Part shown: piece by piece, positions 39,101 through 50,975 of the stretch
Layout: every line of letters begins with the position of its first letter
How positions within the stretch are numbered: the stretch's first letter is position 1
Source: Mobula hypostoma
Lineage: Eukaryota
Direction of reading: 5' to 3'
DNA length: 64,000 nucleotides
Assembly: GCF_963921235.1 (NCBI RefSeq)
Contig: NC_086097.1
Span: forward strand, 149,050,001 to 149,114,000
Translations under genes and position numbers: made by a program
Notes under the pieces: generated by a model
The model's database searches: none
Seen by the model: the letters and a program-made list of their open reading frames with translations, nothing else
What the model was told of the DNA's origin: nothing

Positions 39101-40825
39101 GTTATCAAAGCAGGGGCCCTGAGTTGCAAGATGAGGCAGTCAGCAATCAGAGGGATTCAAATACTATTATTGGTAATACAGAGCATCCTGCAAGTGGACA
39201 TATACTACACGTAAGGGTCTTCTGTGGTTTGCAGGCAGCCTAACTCCCTATGTTACAAACAGGAATAATTTCAGAAAAATAGTTAAAATATTTAAAGCTA
39301 TTTCTCATGAGTTTCATTTTTTGATATTAAACTAGAAATTACTGCCATAGACTGTCGAATGTTTAACATCTTTGTTGGACAGCCTTCTGTGTACTAGGTT
39401 TAATGAAGACTATTTTTATGAAGGTTAACACCTTTGTGAAACTTATGAGGAAAGAAATGTCATCAAGTATTGATGCCATGGATAACTTTTAAGAAATAGT
39501 ATTTTTATTCATTTGGTCAATTTGCTCCGTTTCTCGAAATTTGGTTGATGGAAGAAAAAGACAGTTGTTAACTTGGTTTGCCTTCTGCCATCCTGGAAGT
39601 TCCATGGTACACAGTGAACTGAGCAGCATCTATGGAGGAAGGGAGATGGTCAACAATTCTGGACTGATGTAGGGTTTTAACCTGCAACATAAATCATCAC
39701 TCTATTTCCACAGATGCTGTGTGACCTTCTGAGTTGCTCCAGCACTTTGACTTTTGCTACTGTTACTCATGCATGAGGCTGAAAAAAAACTCTAGTGATG
39801 GGAAAGGGATGGATGTACATGTAATTTCCAGTATGAAGCAGATTACTAGTTAACCAGGAAAGCTGGTTCTTCACAGTACCATTGTAGTTTCCCTGCTGCT
39901 GTGGCTAGATAACATGACCCTGATCTAGAGCTTCCTAATTTCAATGCCTGAGACTCAAAATTAGCAGTTCCTTTAACATTAGGAATGAATCTGTTATCTC
40001 TATCTAATCCCTAGCCTCTGATACTCTTAAATCTGAGGGAATTTAAAAAAGGAAAGATGAACTTGCAAACAGGGAGCATTAGAATGTATCCAGCCACATT
40101 AATACATGATAAAGGTTGCACACCATCTAAAAAGGCACAGATCTGCTCTGTGTCAGAGATGGTTTGCACAAGGATCAGGTAGTGTACTCAAAATCAGCTG
40201 CTTCCTGATTTGGCAACTCTGGGTTATTCTTCTGGATGTTCCACAAAAGTCACCTGCTTCCTGCTATAATTCATTAAAGATGCTCATTGTTCACCTGTTG
40301 GCATGACAACCTAAATACTCAATGGCTTAGCCACAGGCAGATCAAGTAGGTCACAAGCCAGATCTACACATTTGAAAAATAAGCTACTGCTGAACAGGTT
40401 GGAAGCAAAGTTTACCACATTAACCTCCAACTCATGGGTTAGGGTGAGGGTTAAAAACGCGCAGGGTTGTCCTTGTTATTCAATAATGCCTAGAAGAAAT
40501 GCATGTCATTGGGACCACAGTGGCTTAAATTGGGATTATTATTTCCAACAGTAATTATATTGATCGCCAATGGGAGTGACAACTCTAATTCAAACAAATG
40601 ATTGGATCTGAATCATCTAAGGGACAAATGTAGCTTCTAGCAAGGAATTAGGAATTCCCTATAGTTCAATGAATTCAATGGAGAGATTCCTTGTTACTTA
40701 AAGGTTAATTTTTTTGTCTGTTCTGTTTATTGTTTTCTCCTCCTCACCAAACTTTCTCTGTCTTACATTTATTCATGTAGGATAATAAAGAAATTGTTAA
40801 ATTTAAACGTTTTATTAAGAACTTG

Positions 40826-41094
40826 ACCCAGCTGGTGGCATGGTGGCATAGTGGCATCAGTGCCGGACTTCAAGGTGAAAGGTCCCGAGTTCGAATCCAG
40901 CCAGCTCCCCTGCACGCTTTCCATCCGTGCTGGGTTACAAGCTGGTGATCTCTTTGGAAACTCACCTGGCAGAAGACAATGGCAAACCACTGCTGTAACC
41001 TGCTTTGTACACGGTTCCCCACTACGTCAGAGAGGCGTGGAGGGAAATCGTCCACCAACCGGAGAAACTCCGGATGTGAAGTACCTTTCCTTTT
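40826..41094 (+). mobile_element. tRNA-derived SINE with an RTE-related body
   Basis: A-box TGGCATAGTGG (40844-40854), B-box GAGTTCGAATCC (40887-40898) and an RTE-like AATGGCAAACCACT segment. Perfect 16-bp TSD TTTTATTAAGAACTTG (40810-40825, 41095-41110). Confidence 0.88.
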
Positions 41095-43247
41095 TTTTAT
41101 TAAGAACTTGGAGTGCATGATCATGCAAACAAAACCAACCTCCCAAAACTGCATTCAGAAGACATTCTCACCTGAGTCAGATAATTCTGTCTTCAAGTTG
41201 AACTCAAAAAAAAACTTCAATACGTAATTTACATTGATTTTCCAGTACAGTATGTTGACTGAGCCCTCACTCAGATGAAGCATTAAAGTAAGGTCCTGTC
41301 TGGCTTCTTAGGTTGAGTAAAAATTCACCCGGTGTCATTTTGTAGAAGATCTTGGGTATATCACTCTTGTGGTTTATATGTCCCTAAAGCTACATGAGGA
41401 AAATTGATTATCTGCTCTTTATTTCATTTCCCTATGTGGGATTACACACTGCATAAATCAGCTGCCACATTTCATAGACTATAAAGTACTTTGGAATGTC
41501 CTGAGATTGTCAAAAATCTCATTTAAATGCATATTTTTCTCAGCCCCACTGTTAAGCCTTCTCATGCTGTCCCTTTTCAAACTGATGCAAAAACTGTGAA
41601 ATGATGGTATCTCTTTAAATTGTAGGAAAACTCCCCTATAAGCTCTGAGGATAATTTTAGAATCAAGTTTGCACTGAGCCAAGCAGATCAGGACTAGCCT
41701 ATGTTCTGCCCAAAACTTGCACTAAACAATAGCTGGAACATAATCATTACAACCTGCTTACATACAAATTAGACTGGAGATTGTTAGGATATGATTTGTG
41801 ATGGCAATTCTTTCTGTAACTGAGAAACCTCGTGACACTCGGCATTAAGACGGATATCGAGTGCTAAAGTTAAACACTACCAGGGCTGAAGCAGTAAAAA
41901 AAACTGTTCCATTTACTGACCTCAATCCTAGATTCTAAACATTGCATTAATATGAATTTTTCCAGTTTGTGCACAGTCCTCTGAGACTAACCAAGGTAAT
42001 CTTTATCGTGTATTTATGTATTTCAGAGTTTTTATCACATTAAATTTGGCATGATTCAAACCCTTGCTTCTTTGGGGTAGACTTAATCTATTGCATCATA
42101 CCAACTAATCCATTAGCAACAATCCGTTTATAAAGATGAAAAAATTAATTGAGAGTTTTACTTAAATTGAAAGCATTTAAATATGTATAAAACTAGGTGA
42201 TGAAATTTTGAGACTCTCCCTGAAGCCCGATCTATTCACGGCACTAGCCCACAGTCACATATGGTTCTCACTTGATTTGCTTTCTTCATATGCCAGGCAC
42301 TGCTGGCATTGCTTGTTTCTTCCACCCTCTCCCCACCCCCCCAACTCCTCTACTTCCCACTGCCTTTCCGAGAAGGCTGCCTGCTACCTTGAGGATGATT
42401 GTAGAGGCTCTCATTTAAGTGGTGATCCTGCATTTCAGTCTTATTGCTGAGTGTCACGGGGTTTCTAAGTTATAGGAATGATCACTACAAAGCCTAATCG
42501 TGTCCTAATCATCAACAGATTAACTCTCATGTTAGTAGCTTGCAACGATGGGCAGGAGAATCTGAAATTAAAACAGAAAATGCACGTTGGGTAACAAATA
42601 TTTTCAATAGCACTTCCCCACAAGGCTGTGTCCTTAGTCTTCTGCTCTACCCACAGCAATGTGTCCAGATCCCGATCTAACTCCATCTACAACTTTGCAT
42701 AGTGGGCTGTATCTCAAATAATGATGAGTTGGAGTAAAGGCAGAGCTTGGTGATAGGGTGTCATGACAGCAAAACAAAAGGGCTTGTCATTAACTTCAGG
42801 GAGGGGTGTGATGCGCATGCTCCTGTCTCCATCAACAGTGCTGAGGTTGAGAGCTTCATGCTCCGAGGAATGAAAATAAATCATTTACATATTACTTCTT
42901 TCCTTTATAGTTACCGTACACTGAGTGGCTACTTTATGAGATACCTCCTCCACCTAATAAAGTGGCCACTGAGTGTATGTTTGTGATCTTTTGCTGCTGT
43001 AGCCCATCCACTTCAAGGTTCAATGTGTTGTGCATTCAGAGATGCTCATCTGAACACCACTGTTGTAACATATGGTTATTTGAGTTACTGTTCCCTTCCT
43101 GACAGTTTGAACCAGTATGGCTGTTCTTTGCTGACTCTCTCATTAGCAAAAACAACAGGAATTCTGCAGATGCTGGAAATTCAAGCAACACACATCAAAG
43201 TTGCTGGTGAACGCAGCAGGCCAGGCAGCATCTATAGGAAGAGGCGC

Positions 43248-43283
43248 AGTCGACGTTTCAGGCCGAGACCCTTCGTCAGGACT
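43248..43283 (-). ncRNA. Minimal type I hammerhead ribozyme motif (Penelope-associated)
   Basis: Minus strand AGUC-CUGACGA-A-GGGU CUCG GCCU-GAAA-CG-UC-GACU: conserved core, stem I AGUC/GACU, stem II, palindromic ACGU in place of stem III, and a GUC cleavage triplet. Confidence 0.8.
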
Positions 43284-44292
43284 AACTGAAGGAAGAGTGA
43301 GTAAGGGATTTGAAAGCTGGAGGGGGAGGGGGAGATCCAAAATGATAGGAGAAGACAGGAGGGGGAGGGATGGAGCCGAGAGCTGGACAGGTGATAGGCA
43401 GAAGGGGATACGAGAGGATCATGGGACAGGAGGTCCGGGAAGAAAGACGGGGGGGGGGGGTGACCCAGAGGATGGGCAAGAGGTATATTCAGAGGGACAG
43501 AGGGAGAAAAAGGAGAGTGAGAGAAAGAATGTGTGCATAAAAAAGAGTAACAGATGGGGTACGAGGGGGAGGTGGGGCCTAGCGGAAGTTAGAGAAGTCA
43601 ATGTTCATGCCATCAGGTTGGAGGCTACCCATACGGAATATAAGGTGTTGGGCCCCAAACAGTCCTTCCAGGTGAGGCATCACTTCACCTGTGAGTCGAC
43701 TGGGGTGATATACTGCATCCGGTGCTCCCGATGTGGCCTTTTATATATTGGTGAGACCCGACGCAGACTGGGAGACCGCTTCGCTGAACATCTACGCTCT
43801 GTCTGCCAGAGAAAGCAGGATCTCCCAGTGGCCACACATTTTAATTCCACATCCCATTCCCATTCTGACATGTCTATCCACGGCCTCCTCTACTGTAAAG
43901 ATGAAGCCACACTCAGGTTGGAGGAACAACACCTTATATTCCGTCTGGGTAGCCTCCAACCTGATGGCATGAACATTGACTTCTCTAACTTCCGCTAGGC
44001 CCCACCTCCCCCTCGTACCCCATCTGTTACTCTTTTTTATACACACATTCTTTCTCTCACTCTCCTTTTTCTCCCTCTGTCCCTCTGAATATACCTCTTG
44101 CCCATCCTCTGGGTCACCCCCCCCCCCGTCTTTCTTCCCGGACGTCCTGTCCCATGATCCTCTCGTATCCCCTTCTGCCTATCACCTGTCCAGCTCTCGG
44201 CTCCATCCCTCCCCCTCCTGTCTTCTCCTATCATTTTGGATCTCCCCCTCCCCCTCCAGCTTTCAAATCCCTTACTCACTCTTCCTTCAGTT

Positions 44293-44328
44293 AGTCCTGA
44301 CGAAGGGTCTCGGCTTGAAACGTCGACT
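44293..44328 (+). ncRNA. Minimal type I hammerhead ribozyme motif (Penelope-associated)
   Basis: AGTC CTGACGA A GGGT CTCG GCTT GAAA CG TC GACT. Stem II is weakened by a C>T change. Predicted cleavage is after 44324. Confidence 0.75.
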
Positions 44329-45134
44329 GCGCCTCTTCCTATAGATGCTGCCTGGCCTGCTGCGTTCACCAGCAACTTTGATGTGTGTTGCTCTCATTAA
44401 CAAGCTGTTTTCTCCCATTGAACTGATGTTGAGTATATTTTTTTTTTCTTTTTCACGCCATTCTCTATATACTCTGGAGAGTTGGTGTGAAAATCCAGGA
44501 GATCAACAGTTTCTGAAATACTCAAACTACGCTGTCTGGCACCAACAATCATTCCACGGTCAAAATCACTTGGATCACATTTCTTCCCCATTCTGATGTT
44601 TGGTCTGAACAACAACTGAACCTCTTGACCACATCTGCATGCTTTTATGTGGTGTTGCTGCCTCATAACTGAATGATTAGTTGTTTGAATTAATGAGCAG
44701 GTATACAGGTGTACAATAAAATAGGTACAGAGTGTATTTTAATTTTTCTTCCATATCTGTTTCCTTCTGAAATTGTCTAAGCTAATAAGTTACTAATTGT
44801 GGTACTGAGCTCCACTCTCTAACCACTACCTGAGGAAAGTTATTTTTTCTAGTTGCTTGAAATGTATTCCCTGTAAAAACAGAGGCCACAGATTTACTAA
44901 AAGATATAGGGAAATTATAGAAAGTATCTTTACTCAGATAGTGGTTATAGAGTGTGGAATACCATACCTCATTAAATAATTAAACAATTAGAGGTTTGCA
45001 AGGGTCGAATTGTATTCTTCAGATCTACCTTGCCAATCTATTCAAAATATTCATTTTTGTTCCATCTTAAATTATGGCCATTCAAAATTTCAGCTGTTAA
45101 GAAAATTGGTATGTGGGATAAGTTATTTAAACAA

Positions 45135-45890
45135 TTTCAAGGGTTCAAATGTTCGAAGGTACAATTTAATGTCAGAGAAATGTATACAATATACATCCTG
45201 AAATGCTTTTTCTTCGCAACCATCAACCAAAACAGAGGAGTGCCCCAAGAATGAGCGACGGTTAAATGTTAGAATCCCAAAGTTCCCCCCCCCCCAGCTT
45301 CCCCTTCCCACACGTAAGAGACAGCAAGCAATAATCCCCCCTCTCCCCACTGGCAAAAAAAAGCATCAGCACAGTCACTGAGCACTCAAGTGTGAACAAA
45401 GCAATAGCAAAGACACAGAATTGCAGTTACCTCAAAGACTTTGCGATTCACCCAGCATTTGACATACCGCAGGTTCTCTCTCCCTCTAAAAAAAAGAGGT
45501 GTCTCCATTTTCCCAGCGAAAAGAGAGACATAACAAACAACTCGCTGGTTTACGATGTTATAAGTCCGTTATGTGGCTTTTTTCGAACTCTGTGCCTGAA
45601 GATCGCAAAAATCCTGGGTCCCCAGGCACACAGTCGCAGATAACCTGACTACCCCGACAGCACACAGGTCTCCTGTCATGACGCCGACCCTCGATCTGCC
45701 CATCTCCAGAGCCCCGAGATCCGAGGCTTCCAAATTTGAGCTGGACTTGATCGTGGAACTCCGAGAGCGAGTTCCATTCCCGCAAAGAACCGTAGTCAGC
45801 GTGTAACTCCAGGTCAGGGTCTTCAAAAGAACCCTGAAAGGGAAAAACAGAGATAGTAAAAATGGAAATAGAAGTTGCAAGCAAAGGAGT
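45135..45890 (-). mobile_element. Unclassified non-autonomous LINE-derived element
   Basis: CpG-rich segment with a tail-like end at about 45140 similar to that at 12720. No recognisable ORF. Confidence 0.45.
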
Positions 45891-46149
45891 GGCTGTTAAT
45901 TTTTGGGATTAAAAGCTGGTATAGTCTTCATATGAAATGTACAAAATAAACTAAGCCGTGGCATAGTTTTGCTTTTGTTTTATTTTATTTTATCTTAACT
46001 ACTATTTTGATTTTTAATATAAAATTTTAATATAAATACCAGAACAATATATTTTGGGGTTCAAAGAGGTAGTATTCAGCATAAAATCTAAAAACCTGGC
46101 AAGTAGAATAGTAAGAGTTCGTTAGCACATTGCAGGCATAATTACAGTG

Positions 46150-46352
46150 TGGAGGCACAAGAAATTGCCGATGCTGGAATCTGGGTCAACACAAAAGGAT
46201 CTGGAGGAACTCTGAGGATCAGACAGCAACTATGGATGGAATTGAATGATGAGTACAGATGAAGGGTCCTGCCCCAAAATGTCGACTGTACATTTCCCTC
46301 CATTGATGCTGGCTGACCTGCTGAGTTCCTCCAGTGCCTTTTGTGTTGCTCC
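46150..46352. mobile_element. Degenerate Penelope-derived inverted-repeat element
   Basis: Same terminal sequences as 1239-1456, with a decayed hammerhead-like core CAGATGAAGGG...CCCAAAATGTCGACT. Confidence 0.65.
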
Positions 46353-46970
46353 ATAACTTATGTGTGACAAGCCTGTGTTTTACATGTGTAACTAGGAATA
46401 TATAATGGAATAAGCTGACAAAAAGTAGCAAGGGGAATACAGTTTTGTGGTCAGGTCAGGAAGTACACACATACATAAGAAATTCAATATGTTGTTAGCT
46501 CATTCTTTTCAGCATGACAGATCAAAAGAGATCTTAAAAAAATACGAAGCCAGCCACTTCAATAGAAAGTAAAAGGCAGTTGTGTTTTGTAAATGACATG
46601 AGTGTTGATGTACAAAGAAACCTCACTTTCTGTGTCAGTCACTGAGAGTAAACATGCAGATGAAACAAGCAGTATGTTGGCTTTCATAGCAAGAGGATTT
46701 GAGAATAAAGGCAAGAATGCCTTGTCACAATTACACAGGGCCTTGGTGATCCTACTCTTATGTTTAGTTTTAGTCTTCTCACCTAGGAAAGGACAAATCT
46801 GCCACAGAGGGAGTGCAACAAGGCTTCACCTGACTGATTCTTGGCCTGGTGAGAGTGCCATATCCGAGGAGATTAGGTCGACAAGGCTGTCTTCACTAGA
46901 AGTTCAAAGAATGGGAAGAGATCTAAGTAAAATTCAAAAAATTTTGACACTGCTTGAGAAACTGGATGCA

Positions 46971-47563
46971 AGCATCACTCCCCCCTAACATCTTAACTAC
47001 ATTCTACAGAGGCGAGGTTGAAAGTGTGCTGACCTTTTGCATCACAACCTGGTACTCCAGCTGCAGTGCTGTCGACAAAAAAGCCTTGCAGAGGGTGGTT
47101 AGGGGAGCAGAGAAGGTTATTGGGGCCTCCCTACCTTCTGTCCAAGACCTCTTTCAGAGTCGATGCCTCCAGAAGACACGGTACATCATTAAAGACCCCT
47201 CACACCCTCTCCATGAACTGTTTGTTCTTCTGCCATCAGGCAAATGTTACAGGAGCATCAAAACTAAAACCACATGGCTACTAAACAGCTTCCTCCCATA
47301 GGCAGTCAGACTGCTAAATAGCTGCTCCACCTGACTCTGCTTTGGACACTTTTAACTTGCACTGGACACTTATAACTGATTTTAACTGACATGTGGCTGT
47401 TGTGTTTTACTATTTATTGTTATGCCTATTATTTAGTGTTGCGTTTGTTATGTTATGATTACATTGCCCCTGAGAAACGCTGTCTCATTCTGCTTTGCAG
47501 AGCTGATGTATGGTTAGAACAACAATAAAGTTTTTTTGAATCTTTTGAATCTTGAATCTTGAA
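46971..47563 (+). mobile_element. Rex1/Babar-type 3' fragment inserted into an older CR1 (about 46640-47830)
   Basis: ORF 46954-47301 has ESVLTFCITTWY and FVLLPSGKCYRSI, followed by a (TCTTGAA)n tail. The CR1 sequence CTGGATGCA|GAAAGATGTTGCCC resumes across it. Confidence 0.85.
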
Positions 47564-49009
47564 GAAAGATGTTGCCCTTGGTTGAAAAGTCTAGAATAAA
47601 TTGGAGATTATGGGGCAAGAAGTTTAAGGCTAGGGTGAGGGAAAAAGACACTGATGAACCTGTGGAATTAATGCCGATGGGCCTGTGCTGAATAAATTTA
47701 AGAAGAAGATTTATATATTTATAAATATAAATGGGATCAAGAGGTTTGAAAGAGACCTGTAATATGGCATTAAGATAGAGCAAGCTGCAAAATCAAATAG
47801 CCTATAGCTGCTGCTATTTCCTGTGTATTCATGGTATGTCCCATATTTATCAGGTGAAATGAGGTTAGTGGGCATTTTGGAATTGGTCCTCTCACTCTAG
47901 AATAAGATTTAATGAGGAAATGTTAGTGACTGCCTATAGAGCTGTAAGGATTCCTATACTTAATTTTCTGATGGGTGGTTACCAGTGATTACCCTAACAC
48001 AGTTTAAAATCGGAGACTTCATGGAGACTAGAAGTTGCTCAGGAAGCTCTGGCAAACTTCCTGATCTGGAATTTTTGAAGAGACTGCAGCAGGAGGTTTT
48101 CTCCATTGACCTGGAACAATTTTGAAATGCTCAGGATATTTCTGGTAGAAGTGTTATGGTACATTTGTGATGTCCTGACGCAGAATCTCATTCCGAAATG
48201 TCAACAATTCTATTCCCCCACAGATGCTTCTCGACCCACTGAGTTCTGCCAGCAGTTTGTGTTTTGCTCCATGTTCTTGCAGCCAAAATCTCTTGAGTCT
48301 CTATTCATTATGTTTTGAGAGCTTTGAAAACTTGCTAATCTAAGAGCCACAGCTTATCCAGCTGTTAAAAGTTCTTTAAACTATTTCATAAACAAGCTTG
48401 TAAATGTTTAGCTCTTGTGCCTGTGATTAGCTCACTGCTGGCTGTAATGTAAACAATGCCCGTTTTCCTGATGCCACACCCCATGTACTGTAGCCTTACA
48501 GCAGTTTAATAAAAATGTGAAAATATTTACACAGAATAACTATAACAATGCAACCGGTCATTTTCTTACCAGTGGAAATCCATGCGGGATCCCACAACTT
48601 TAGTGGTAACACTTGCTGCAACTTCTGAAAGGGAAAGTTCTACAAGGTGAATGTAAAATCTTTCTGTGGGTTATTGGCAAATGTTATCAGCTCATCACTG
48701 ACTACAAATTCTGGTCCATAATATTTTACCTTTTCACCTTCATAATATCAATTATTAGTGTATCCGCAGCATCATGTAACTATGCCCTGTTTCTTGTGAT
48801 TTTCAGCATAAAGAAAAGATTTGCACCACATCTAAAGATAGAGGGTATGATCACAATTTACAAAGCTTTACATTGGGAGATCCGATGAATGATAGGGACA
48901 AAGAATTCCTTGCGAAACAAACATTAAGAATTTGCAGAGTCAAAAGCTATATTGTTATTCACTCCAAGTGTACAATAACTTGAAAATGTTCCTTTTCTTT
49001 TTTATTTAG

Positions 49010-49159
49010 TTGACATACGGGAAATTAAGGAAATTCGACCTGGGAAGAACTCAAAAGATTTTGAGCGTTATCCAGATGAAGCACGGAAACTGGATAGCAA
49101 CCTGTGTTTTGTCATTCTCTATGGAATGGAATTCAGACTGAAAACACTAAGCGTTTCAG
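49010..49159 (+). CDS. PLCG1: Internal coding exon of a phospholipase C-gamma (PLCG1-like), N-terminal PH domain
   Basis: Polypyrimidine tract plus AG at 49008-49009 and GTAAAT donor at 49160. The 150 nt (phase 1/1) translate [51 protein letters not shown], matching PLCG1 [12 protein letters not shown]...[16 protein letters not shown] from memory. The family call is strong; the exact paralogue is uncertain. The exon is absent from the ORF track. Confidence 0.9.
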
Positions 49160-50291
49160 GTAAATTATTTTGATTAAGGCTGTTTTCTAGGCTGACTCCC
49201 ATCCACCCACGAGATTAGGAATTCCTCATTTTTTAAACAAGCAGTTTAGAGTCAATTGCAAAATAAATCAGATTAGATTAACTCAGATCAGTGGAATAAA
49301 GGCCCTTTAACTTTGGCCTGATAAGGATTGGAACTCTGAAACTCAGAAAAAAAATGAAAGGAAGAAAGTTATAAAAAATATTAAGAAGTCTCCTAAACAG
49401 ACAAGAAGTTTAAATGATATGGCACATTTTCATATACAGTATGAAGTTATAGACATGTAGCTATAGAGGCATTGATTAGAGGCTCCTAATAATATAGCAG
49501 CCTTGACAAAAAAACATAGGTTGGCTGTTAGGGAACTATATGTAGCCCATGACCTACAGTATTTCCTGAATGTGCATCCATCATTCAATGCTTGATGGAA
49601 AACATTACCCCTGGTTAATTTTTCACAGAACACTGAAACCCATTATTGTCTATTTCTATTGCCCTAAGATTATCTGATGTTGTACAATCCAAGCTGAACT
49701 GAAGTATTAGCTACTCATTAAATACATCAATGCTTTTTTCCTATCATCAGCTTATAATCACGCTCCAGGCACTCCTATTTGGTCAGAAGACATCAAGTTA
49801 ATTAGATCCTACCCTCACCTTTGATCCAAACAATCAGAATCACTGCTTAACTTTCCCCTGTTCCTAACCCAACAAGTCCAAGACCACTTGTAAAATCTTG
49901 ATAGCAACTGAGCTGAGGTGAGCTAAGCTAAGCAAAGATCAGCTGGTCACAAAATTGTTCTTGTTTGATGATGGACTGGTTGAGCTGAAAATCTGTTGAG
50001 TACTGTAAATACCTCATGTCTCAGTTCCACTTTAATTCATCCACCAGCAGCTGGGCCCTTAGAGAACCACATGGTCTGCAATTTATTTGTGATTCTTGGA
50101 AAAATATGTTGCGTGCCATTTACGGCAAGTGCTGAAAAAGCATGACAGTAGGTCAATATGTTAAGAAGAAAGTAGTTACACTGTTAGTGAGGATGAAGGC
50201 GTGTTTTGGTCAAGAGCAAACCTTGCCATCTGCCTTTATACTTTGCCCTGGAGTGAGAAAGATGTAGATTAGTTTATCAGCAAACTGGGTT

Positions 50292-50975
50292 AGATTAGAT
50301 TACATTAGATTATGAGGACACTCTGTCCTCGTTTATTGTCATTTAGAAAGGCATGCATTAAAAAATGATACAACGTTCCTCCAGAATGATATCACAAGAA
50401 AACACAGGACAAACCAAGGCTAAAACAGACAAAACCACATAATTATAACATATAGTTACAACAGTGCAAAGCAATACCATAATTTGATAAAGAGCAGACC
50501 ATGGGCACAGTAAAAAAAAAGCTTCAAAGTCCCGATAGACTCATCATCTCATGCAGGCGGCAGAAGGGAGGAACTCTTCCCGCCATGAACCTCCAAGCGC
50601 CGCCAACTTGCCGATGCAGCACCATTGGAAGCACCCGACCACAGCAGACTCTGAGTCCGTCCGAAAACTTCGAGCCTCCGACCAGCCCCTCTGACACAGC
50701 CTCTCCGAGTACCATCCTCTGCCGAGCACTTTGACCCTGCCCCGGCCGCCAAGCAACAAGCAAAGCCAAGAACTTGGGGCCTTTTCCTTCGGAGATTCTG
50801 GACCACACAGTAGCAGCAGCAGTGAAGCAGGCATTTCAGAAGTTTCACCAGATGTTTCTCTGTGCTCTCAAGTCTGTCTCCATTAGATCAGGATTGTGCA
50901 CGGCACCCTACTTGACAAATAACAGACATCACCACTGGAGTGGCCGCTGCGAGCTGCGTCATGCCACCATCTTCC
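50292..50975 (-). mobile_element. Non-autonomous retroposon with a CpG-rich 5' part and an (AATCT)n tail
   Basis: The minus strand starts GGAAGATGGTGGC and ends in (AATCT)n. 7-bp TSD CTGGGTT (50285-50291, 50976-50982). Confidence 0.7.

Larger units (their letters stand above)
43150..44390 (+). mobile_element. Young Penelope-like element: intact GIY-YIG endonuclease C-terminal region flanked by inverted pseudo-LTRs
   Basis: About 43650-43998 encodes FTCESTGVIYCIRCSRCGLLYIGETRRRLGDRFAEH...GMNIDFSNFR*. Arms 43185-43650 and 43927-44391 are near-perfect reverse complements. 13-bp TSD CTCTCATTAGCAA / CTCTCATTAACAA. Confidence 0.93.
42919..44734 (-). mobile_element. Non-autonomous Tc1-like element interrupted by a Penelope insertion
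   Basis: TA-CACTGAGTGG...GAGTG-TA termini. The minus strand encodes a Tc1 N-terminus, MGKKCDPSDFDRGMIVGAR...SISETVDLLDF. An uninterrupted relative lies at 52672-53233. Confidence 0.85.

Noticed and set aside
40826..40900. Possible tRNA gene
   Set aside because: A and B boxes are present but there is no convincing cloverleaf. It continues into a SINE body and is bounded by a TSD.
40960..41090. Possible HDV-like ribozyme in the RTE-related SINE body
   Set aside because: I could not build the nested double pseudoknot by eye, so it is unsupported without a descriptor search.
43201..43998. 265-aa ORF as a novel nuclease gene
   Set aside because: It is a chance read-through from the antisense pseudo-LTR into the Penelope GIY-YIG fragment; only about 43650-43998 is genuine coding sequence.
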